Source of the DNA: Podarcis erhardii
Lineage: Eukaryota
Strand: one strand, 5' to 3'
NCBI GenBank assembly: GCA_964252035.1
Contig: OZ176215.1
Length of the DNA stretch: 64,000 bases
Part shown: piece by piece, positions 56,501 to 64,000 of the stretch
How the letters are laid out: the number at the start of each line of letters is the position of its first letter
How positions within the stretch are numbered: the stretch's first letter is position 1
Made by a program: the position numbers and the translations under genes
The notes under the pieces: model-generated
Told to the model about the DNA's origin: nothing
Seen by the model: the letters and a program-made list of their open reading frames with translations, nothing else
The model's database searches: none

Positions 56501-59349
56501 CCACTAATTTAAGAGCATAAGGAAAGAGCCTTCTGGATCAGGCCAATGAACCATAAAGTCCAGCAACCTGTTCTCACGGTGGCTAACCAGGGAAACTCGC
56601 AAGCAGGACCGGAGCACAAGAGCCATCTCTCCTCCTGAAGCTTCCAGCAACTGGTATTCAGAAGCATTGCTGCCTCTGACTGTGGTGGCAGAGAACAGCC
56701 ATTGTGGCTAGCAGCCTCCTCCATGAATTTATCCAATCCTCTTTTATTTATTTATTTATTTATTTTTATAAAATAATATTTATTAGCCGTTTAAAAATTA
56801 CAAAAGAAAAGAAAAAGAATTAAACAATACAATACAATACAATACAATACAATACAATACAATACAATACAATACAATACAATCGTCCAATCCTCTTTTA
56901 AAGCCATCTGTTCAACTTACCCTGCAATGTTAGTGGTGGAGACGCTTTTGGAAAGAGACAAGGTGGGGCGACCCCGGCGAGAGCCCAGCAGGGTCTGGCG
57001 GAAGCTCTCAGAGGGGTAGATGGCAGAATTGGGGCGCTCCCTGATGGTGGCTGGAGATTTGAAAGAGAAACGGGGGTGATAAGAATTGCAAGACAGGCTT
57101 CCGTCATACCAAAGGACAAGTTGCACCATGGCAATTCAGGCAGCCGATGGAACCCCACCGGGTTTCTACAAATGACTAAGGGTGCTGGTGCTTAAGAGAG
57201 CCTGGAGGCAACACATCCATCCCCACTGTATACAGAAAAGATCTCAGAGGTGTGGCTTTGGCAGAAAGGTGTTCTGCACATGTTCAGAAGCACCCACTAT
57301 TTTCAGAGCTGGCCAAAGAGGTTTCAGGGCCACACTTTATTGAGGGGTCCATTAGACTAAAGTGAGTCTCACTCTTCCCCTGCCCCACCCCAAACTGGGA
57401 AAAGCACCTCAGAAGCAGTATCTCCCCAACTGCCCTCTCCTCTTCTCAGCAGCACAGGCCCTACTTACTAAGGCCCCATGCGCAATAATAATGAAAATAT
57501 TATTAATAATGTAAAGCAGCAGCATCTTGCTTTTTAACAGATACTTTAGGGGAAGCCATGACTCTTTAACTGTCAGTCCCACTTCCCAGAGAACTCTGGG
57601 GATTGTAGTTCTGGTAAGGGAGTAGGGGTTTCCTAGCAACTCTCAGCACCTTTAACAAACTACACTTCCCAGGATTCCTTGGGGGGAGCCGAGACTGTTT
57701 AAAGTGGTATGATACTGCTTTAAGTGTATATCACGGGTGGGGCCTTATAAGGCAGTTCCTTTAGCAGAGGAGAACTGCTTCCGCAGCTGACTCCCTGCCC
57801 CGCTTCCCCTTCCTGGCGTGGGATTCACAGCTCCACTCACTTTTGTTCCTCAGGGACACCGTCTGCAGGGCTGAATTGTTCTTCAGCAAGGCTGCCTTTT
57901 GCTGCTGCAAGGGGCGGGGGCGGAGAGAAAGAAAGAGAAAAACGATGAGCAGCAGCTGGGCCATTGCAATAAAGCTCTGGTGGAGGAGAAAGGGGGTGGC
58001 TTTGAAGTATCTCCTTTGTGCTTTTGGGTGGTTCGCTCTGGAACAGGAAAGTGAGCACCGTAGCTTATGCTTGTCTCTATTTCTTGGTACCCATATCTGG
58101 TAAATTACTGCTTTTGTGTTTGGGGGACAATCTCTCAAAGTGCTGCTACCGCAAGCAGATTCCTGAAGGCTCTTATTTATTTATCTTTTCAGCTGCCTTT
58201 TCAGTCTGTGCTCAGTCAAAACTTTTCAGTCAAAACTCAGCATAGGAACATCGGAAGAGCCTGTTGGATCAGACCAAAGGGGGGTTCATCCAGCCCAGCA
58301 TCCTGTTCTCACAGTGGCCAAGCAGATGCCTGTGGGAAACCTGCAAGCAGGACCTGAGCACAGGAGCCCTCTCTCCTCTCTTGTGGTTTCCAGCAACTGG
58401 TGTTCACAAGCACCGTCTCCGACCATAGAGAAAGAGCACAGCCATGCTGGCCAGTAGCCACCACAGCAGCCCTCTCCTCCTCCATGAATTTGTCTAATCC
58501 TCTTTTAAAGCAGTCTAGCTTGGTGCCTGTCACTGCCTCCAGTGGCAGCGAATTCCATAGTTTAACGACTCGCTATGTGAAGAAGTACAAAATGCCATCC
58601 TGTAGTAAAACATTCAAAATCAAAACAAACGCCGCCACGTTATAATATAAAACCCATTTCAAAAGCAGCAGCAGAAAAACAATAAAGCACACACACACAA
58701 TTTTGGCTGGCATCCAACTGAAGTAGGCAGGCTTTTAAAGCTTTTTTAAAAAAAAAAATACTGCAACTGAAAGGGGCCCTGAGGATGACCCAGGGATGGC
58801 CTGAGCAGCTCAATTCTGTACCAGTACCATGCAATACCCACTCCAAAATTGCAAGAAATAAACCTTTTAGGCACCTAACACTTTGGAACTCCCTGCCTAT
58901 TGACATCAGACAGGCACCTCCTTCGTACTCTTTTCAGCACCTGCTAATGACATCTGTGCTTAGACAAGCCTGTCCATATGTTTAGAATGCTGATGTGTTT
59001 TTAGTTTATCTCTGGGTTTAATTTTTTAAAATGTTTTTACTACTTTTTTTTACTAATAACTCTCTTGTTTTTTTCTTTTGGTAAACCGTTTTGAGATATT
59101 TTTCTCCAATTAATTGATATGTAAATTTCATGAAATAAAATGAATATAAATAAGTAAAATACAGTAGTATGAGCCCCAAGCTGGTTAAAAACATTAGTCT
59201 CTCATGTCCCTACCACCCTCCTCTTGCTCATGGCTTACAAGAGTTCCCCTCTCACAAACACATCTACATGAACACACTCACCTTTTGCTTGACTTTAGTG
59301 CAGTTGGGCAGGGTATCTTTGCAGCGGTTGTGAATGGTGACATTGCAGG
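41451..59349 (-). CDS. ARHGEF2: Rho guanine nucleotide exchange factor 2 (GEF-H1), exons 3-22; 5' exons outside window
   Basis: 20 exons join in frame (2732 nt) with GT-AG introns: second half of C1 (CNVTIHNRC), DH (ELIQTELHH...QRITKYP), PH, coiled coil, RRRSLP 14-3-3 site, C-terminal [11 protein letters not shown]; stop TAG at 41453..41451. Confidence 0.96.
42719..42911 (-). CDS. ARHGEF2: ARHGEF2 exon 21 ([11 protein letters not shown]...HSPPSSPR)
   Basis: 193 nt, tagCAG acceptor, gtgagg donor, phase 0->1. Confidence 0.85.
43684..44094 (-). CDS. ARHGEF2: ARHGEF2 exon 20 (coiled coil, [12 protein letters not shown])
   Basis: 411 nt, cag/gtaagc. Confidence 0.94.
45100..45150 (-). CDS. ARHGEF2: ARHGEF2 exon 19 ([17 protein letters not shown])
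   Basis: 51 nt, cag/gtcagt. Confidence 0.92.
45251..45292 (-). CDS. ARHGEF2: ARHGEF2 exon 18 ([14 protein letters not shown])
   Basis: 42 nt, tag/gtgagt; matches recalled human DRNGNQLRSPQE. Confidence 0.88.
45887..45954 (-). CDS. ARHGEF2: ARHGEF2 exon 17 ([23 protein letters not shown])
   Basis: 68 nt, cag/gtgagt. Confidence 0.9.
46445..46613. mobile_element. Tc1/mariner (Tc2-like) MITE (169 bp)
   Basis: TA-CCGTATTTTTTGCACCATAACAC...GTGTTATAGAGCGAAAAATACGG-TA. Confidence 0.88.
46828..46932 (-). CDS. ARHGEF2: ARHGEF2 exon 16 ([35 protein letters not shown])
   Basis: 105 nt, cag/gtatgt, phase 1->1. Confidence 0.88.
47390..47584 (-). CDS. ARHGEF2: ARHGEF2 exon 15 ([23 protein letters not shown]...IQEAVKE)
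   Basis: 195 nt, cag/gtagca. Confidence 0.92.
47679..47746 (-). CDS. ARHGEF2: ARHGEF2 exon 14 ([22 protein letters not shown])
   Basis: 68 nt, cag/gtaggg. Confidence 0.93.
49050..49219 (-). CDS. ARHGEF2: ARHGEF2 exon 13 ([27 protein letters not shown]...QQAVQ)
   Basis: 170 nt, cag/gtgagt. Confidence 0.94.
50460..50536 (-). CDS. ARHGEF2: ARHGEF2 exon 12 ([26 protein letters not shown])
   Basis: 77 nt, cag/gtgaga. Confidence 0.94.
51410..51661 (-). CDS. ARHGEF2: ARHGEF2 exon 11 ([12 protein letters not shown]...WKTATGRFK)
   Basis: 252 nt, cag/gtgggt. Confidence 0.94.
52859..52976 (-). CDS. ARHGEF2: ARHGEF2 exon 10 ([39 protein letters not shown])
   Basis: 118 nt, cag/gtacca. Confidence 0.94.
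53120..53245 (-). CDS. ARHGEF2: ARHGEF2 exon 9 ([20 protein letters not shown]...QQFIR)
   Basis: 126 nt, cag/gtaaag. Confidence 0.94.
53613..53863 (-). CDS. ARHGEF2: ARHGEF2 exon 8 (DH start, [14 protein letters not shown]...GDILIQQ)
   Basis: 251 nt, cag/gtgcag. Confidence 0.93.
54031..54132. repeat. Dispersed palindromic repeat (45-bp imperfect stem, 12-nt loop); second decayed copy about 12830-12960
   Basis: tgggaaaagccactgttcactgctgaattggagcaaacatcagtc / gattgacgtttgctccagttcagcaataaatggtgggttttccca. Confidence 0.8.
54752..54792. repeat. (GGAA)n microsatellite
   Basis: Direct reading. Confidence 0.95.
55137..55283 (-). CDS. ARHGEF2: ARHGEF2 exon 7 ([14 protein letters not shown]...KRQDVIY)
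   Basis: 147 nt, cagGAG acceptor, gtgagg donor. Confidence 0.92.
55745..55794. repeat. (CAAA)n microsatellite
   Basis: Direct reading. Confidence 0.95.
55904..56013 (-). CDS. ARHGEF2: ARHGEF2 exon 6 ([36 protein letters not shown])
   Basis: 110 nt, cag/gtgaga. Confidence 0.94.
56747..56885 (-). mobile_element. 5'-truncated L1-type retro-insertion (A-rich tail, AATAAA, (ATTGT)11)
   Basis: 15-bp TSD tccaatcctctttta at 56732-56746 and 56886-56900; nested in a CR1-type repeat. Confidence 0.8.
56921..57050 (-). CDS. ARHGEF2: ARHGEF2 exon 5 ([18 protein letters not shown]...[10 protein letters not shown])
   Basis: 130 nt, cag/gtaagt. Confidence 0.94.
57841..57904 (-). CDS. ARHGEF2: ARHGEF2 exon 4 ([21 protein letters not shown])
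   Basis: 64 nt, cagCAG acceptor, gtgagt donor. Confidence 0.93.
59282..59349 (-). CDS. ARHGEF2: ARHGEF2 exon 3 ([22 protein letters not shown])
   Basis: 68 nt, phase 1->0, cag/gtgagt. Confidence 0.93.
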
Positions 59350-61309
59350 CTGGAAGGGAAAAACAGAGGAGGCATGAGTGAGAAAGAGACAAGTGTCAAT
59401 TGGATGCTCAGATTCATCCACTAAATCAAAAAAACCGAACATCATATTTTTTAACAGGCCCTTTCAGCTGGGGGGACCAAGCAGACAGGGCTTCAACTGA
59501 GCCAAGCTCTCCACTAGGCCCCATCTTGCAGTGACATGATAGATTGAAAATGAACATAGGTTTGCACAGGCAGAGTCAGGGCTGGCCCTACCGTTAGGGA
59601 GAGTGAGGTCATTGCCTCAGGCGGCAGAAGCTGGTGGGCAGTGGCTATAGCCCCTTGGCTGTTCCCCTGTGTGTAACAGTGGTGACCTGTCACAAGATTA
59701 CATCTGATTCTATAGCTACATAAAATAATATTGACAGCCCCTATACTAACCCTCTGCTCTACTTTGAGGTTCAACGGCCAGCCCACTCAGCTTCTATACA
59801 TATGAAATGGAGGGAAGGGGAGCCATCCTGCTCTCTGCCTTGGGCAGCAAAATGTCTTGGACCAACTTCAACCATCTCAGACTCTACAATTGGCAGGTGA
59901 GGTCATGGTGGTGGTAGTGCTGCCTGGCTGGCATTGACCCACGGCAGGGTCTTCTCAGTGGCAGCTCCCTGTTTGTGGTGCACCTGTCTCCCTTGTTGTG
60001 CCAGCCAAATGGGCAGGATGCATCTGTGCAAGGTGCATCTGTCTCCTTTGTTGTTGACCTTCAGGAAGAACTGAAAAACATTCCTGTCTGCCCTGGCATT
60101 TGGTGGCAGAAAGATACTGTTCCTGGCATCCCTGAAATCATTGGCTGGCAGAACATTTTTAACTACTTTTAAATTAAATGTATTTTGATATTAATGTGTT
60201 TACTGCACCAGGGTGCCTTTGCGAGGAAGGGTAAGATATGATGATGATGATTTGTGGGGCAGTGTCTGTATTTTACCACAATGCGCCAGAACAAGTCAAC
60301 ACCTGAGTATTGCCAGAAACAAAAAAGAAAGGTTTCCGCAGATCCTATGGGGGGCATCATCATTGGAGGCGGACCATGAAACAATACTTTGCTGAAAATG
60401 GACCCCACATCTTGGAGCCAATCAGGGGTTCAAAAGGAAGTTTGGAAGCAACTTGAAAAGCACCACCAAAGTTTCTGGGTCTGTAGGAAGGAGTTGCAAA
60501 AACAAAACCCAAACAGCTCTGCCTTCTGGATGATGCCCACCCCCCTCACACTGCAGCCTGCTGTTTCCTCCACCCCCAGAGAAGAGTGAAGGCCGACATC
60601 CTGCCCATTTGGCTGGCACACAGATGGCAGCTTGCCCCTGCTGGGCATGGCCTGTGTGCCAAGTTTTTGGCTGCAAGGAACTATCGGGGAGAACACGGTG
60701 ATCACTCCCCCATGCTACAGCCTGTTCCTTCCACGATCCGCTCGGAAGGATGGCGTGAGTGAAATGGGGTGGGAGGAGGAGAAGGCTGCCTCTCTGACTG
60801 CAGGAATAAATGGATCAAGGACACACACACATACGAGGGTGGTCACCTCTTTCTTCTTCTTCATCCGCAAGATTCGCAAAAGGAGTTGTGACCACAAGGC
60901 GACCATTCCAGTCCCACAGACTACATGGTGTTGCATCACTGTGTCTCCACTCACCCCATTTAATCTAGATTATTACACTCCACAAGCAGACAGCAACGCC
61001 ACCATGAAAAAGGTGCCACAGAGCAAATCTCTCTAACTGATTGAAGCAAGCTGTGAATTTTCACATGGAAAGTCCCTGGATAATGATTTTCTCCGTGAAA
61101 AGAATGTTCAATGCATTCAAGTGTGGACCCTTTTGGTTTTCTGAATAAGGAAGAGGAGAAATAAAAAGGCTCAAATCGGACCGGGGGCAGCGGACAGGGG
61201 GCTTCGTCTATGATTTGCCAGATAGCTTCAGATCCAAAGAACACATCACCTGCTTTCTCACAAATTCTGACTAAATATTAGGAAGGACTTTCTGACAGAA
61301 AGAGCTGTT

Positions 61310-61468
61310 CAACAGCGGAACAGATGATTTTGGAAGGTGGTAGAGTCTCCTTCCTTGGAGGTTTTTAAGCAGAGGTTGGATGGCTGTCTGTCAAGGATGC
61401 TTTGGGTGTGATTCCTGCATCTAGATGACCAGTGGGATCCCTTCCAACTCTACAGTTCTAGGATTCAA
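61310..61468 (+). mobile_element. CR1 LINE 3' end (tail-only pieces also about 3790-3856, 7080-7175, 19620-19790, 20735-20870, 49465-49545, 63800-63865)
   Basis: ccttccttggaggtttttaagcagaggttggatg...ctagatgacc...cccttccaactctacagttctaggattc. Confidence 0.8.
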
Positions 61469-61928
61469 TTATTCTAAATGATGCCCAGGCAAAGGGCTGG
61501 TTTAGCATGGACATAGGCGCAGGGCACTTGAACTCTTCTCTCCAGTGCGGAGCTCTCTCCCCAATGCTCCCCTCCAAACACTCAGTCCACCGTGAGCCTA
61601 AAGCTGAGGTGCCTCATGAAGGCCTTTGGTGCAGTTTATGCTGAGGAGAAAAAGGCCAGGGAGCCCCAAGTCAGTGGGGCTGTGGGGCAGTTACATGGTT
61701 CTGTAACCAACTTAAAGTTTGCAGTGTCAGGGCATGTCCTCAGTACAAATTTAAACCAATTTCAAACCCAGCTTCAACCTTCACTGTTCCCAGCTAGGGA
61801 ATTCTGGAAATGGTAGGGTGGCGCTGAGGGAACACTAAGAGAACACGTCTCAGTCTCCCCCCAACCACCACCATCACCACTCTCCTGCAACCTCTATGCC
61901 TGGTAATCTGAAACCTGCATTTCATGTA

Positions 61929-62154
61929 CAGTGGTACCTCGGGTTACATACGCTTCAGGTTACAGACTCCGCTAACCCAGAAATTGTACCTCGGGTTAAG
62001 AACTTTGCTTCAGGATGAGAACAGAAATCGTTCTCCGGCGGCGCAGCAGCAGCAGGAGGCCCCATTAGCTAAAGCAGTGCTTCAGGTTAAGAACAGTTTC
62101 AGGTTAAGAACGGACCTCCAGAACAAATTAAGTACTTAACCTGAGGTACCACTG
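61929..62154 (+). mobile_element. Tigger/pogo-like MITE copy 7
   Basis: TIRs and TA flanks. Confidence 0.9.
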
Positions 62155-64000
62155 TATCTTCCTTCTCCTCTGAGCAACAGACAAATAAAGTTGCAGAGAA
62201 TACAGTCTCCTCTGTATTTCTGGCCTAAGAATTCTGTTGGCAATCCCTTGCTCCTCGATTCCCAGGACACTCTGTGGGGGAAGCCCATTCAGTTTCACAT
62301 CACTGCCCAACTGGTTTACGCCTGTACTTAAGAGGGCAGGGAAGCAATTAAGATCAAGGAAGCAAATGGGCAGCTCATATTCTGAGCTACCCCTCCTGGG
62401 CCAGCAAATCAAGGCCCTCTTGTGAGTGACTGCCAGATGGGATAGAAAGTCAATCCCCGTTTTTCTTTTCATGCATTTCTCCTTCAGGATATACCACGAC
62501 GTTTAATCAGAGCCTGCCCCACCACCACCAGCCCTCCATTTGCTCAATCTGCTTATGCTAGGAGAACCACAACAAGTTCACCAAGCTCAGTGACTCACGG
62601 AATATCCAAGAATGCATGAGTAGGAGGAAGTGATGCACACAGGAAGTGGATTTCTCTGGCAGTAACAGTCATTTCTCGGTTATGTCTGTACGTGGATGGG
62701 AAGGTGGGAGGCAGGGAGACTTTTTTAATGTGTGGGTTTTTTGTTTTTTTAAAAAGAAAATGCCTACAGCCATCACTGCCTGTGTTCACACCTGGAAGAC
62801 AAGCAGGTTTGGGATGCAGTCTTTTGGAATGAAAACCTGGGTCTGTTCAATGCCTGGATGGGTGACTGCCTGGGAACCACACAGATAGGTTCCAGGATGG
62901 AATAAAAGCATAATATAGATGTAAAAATAAGGATTTACTCGTTTAAGGACCTACTTCATGTCTGCAGCTGGGAATATATAAGCACAATATTGGAAAACAG
63001 CTACTAACTTAATTCTAGAGGCACAGCTCACTCTGGGATGTTCACCTGATGGAATAAATTCTAAGCTATTTACAAACTTTGTGTTTGACTATTATTTGCA
63101 TTGTGTATAGGCATGGAATGCTTCTTGGAGAGTGGTATATGAGAATCGTTTTTGCTGCAAGTATTTTCATCAACGGATAGCTCCCTTAGCGGCCCCTCAA
63201 AGTGCAAATGGCCTTGCCTTTGATGTAGGATCAGAGAGAGATTTCCAGACAACAGCAGTAAAATGAGTCAAGATACTCAGATCCTTGTAAGTACAGGATG
63301 GGGGAGTGAAAGTTCTCACACCTCCCTCCTCCTTGTGAGTCACTGAGCTGCTCAAAAGTTTTTAGCCAACCCTCACTCCTGAACTTTCTTTAAAAGACCC
63401 GCAGGAGAAGCAGAAATTCCCCAGGCCAATATAGTGTTACAAGCCACCCCAATCTCCAGGGGTCAGAGACTCTATAGGTTCCAGGCACTTAACCAGGTTC
63501 AGAAGCCTTGGAATGAAGGTCACCGGATACTGTGTTGGCTTTAGGGTATATGGTTTCATTTACATTTATATATGGTTTTGTATAAAACCTGAACGTAAGA
63601 TGGAGGGGCTCACAGAATTAACCCCACAACGGGCTCATGTTTCTCCATTAGTCGCAGCTTGGGATGTAGCACAGAGAAAGCATCTCGCCCTGTCTCCAGC
63701 TTCCAGCTGAATCAAACACACAGCTCTGGCTACTGTTCTCCTACCTAGCGGCTGGGTGAGAGGAGGTGGAGGAAAGGCCTAGCCATTCATTCTATGGCGC
63801 AGAGCATTTCAGGAGGTTGGAATAGAGGACCTCAGGGTCTCTTCCAATGCTACAATTCTAGGATCGCTTATGCTAACCATGGTACTTAATCTGTCAAACA
63901 CAACCAAACTTTTCATGTTGGTGACACTTTTTAGACATGCATCAAACTGAAGCTGGCACATGAACGTGTCGCGACACACAGTTTGGAAAGCTCTGGCCTA

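Noticed and set aside
60389-60589. Trp/Lys-rich ORF resembling a Harbinger Myb/SANT fragment
   Set aside because: Motif spacing is unconvincing, and I saw no TIR/TSD or transposase partner.
59350-64000. ARHGEF2 exons 1-2 (TNGHLF...CNKSIT)
   Set aside because: Searched by eye and not found; they most likely lie beyond the window, so this is not evidence of loss.
1-64000. CRISPR arrays, rRNA, operons or autonomous transposase/RT genes
   Set aside because: Eukaryotic intron-rich DNA; the recurrent repeats are dispersed TEs without spacer structure, and no long intact TE ORF is present.

Overview
Vertebrate genomic DNA from a squamate reptile, probably a lacertid lizard (inferred from the Sauria-SINE head, CR1/L2 tails and lizard-type MITEs). 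It holds three protein-coding genes, reconstructed by hand from splice sites and reading-frame phase. (1) A complete ANKRD35 on the minus strand: 13 coding exons, 25699->954, 3354 nt = 1117 aa + stop, ankyrin repeats plus a long coiled coil. (2) An intronless relaxin-family peptide GPCR, most likely RXFP4, on the plus strand at 30671..31909, head-to-head with ANKRD35. (3) ARHGEF2/GEF-H1 on the minus strand, exons 3-22 (59349->41451); exons 1-2 must lie beyond 64000. The rest is dense in TEs: 7 copies of one Tigger-like MITE, several hAT MITEs with 8-bp TSDs, a Tc2-like MITE, L2/CR1/L1 fragments, tRNA-derived SINEs, a probable solo LTR and microsatellites. There is one 136-N gap. I found no convincing wholly new biological system. 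The best leads are an intact RXFP4 with a rewired sodium pocket and activation network (S3.35/N3.39 swap, K6.51, S7.45), a perfect 31-bp hairpin upstream of ANKRD35, candidate C1-less alternative first exons of ARHGEF2, an LTR that may supply the RXFP4 poly(A) signal, and several nested young TE insertions. Comparisons with human proteins are from recalled sequences, not database searches. Repeat boundaries without TSDs are approximate.
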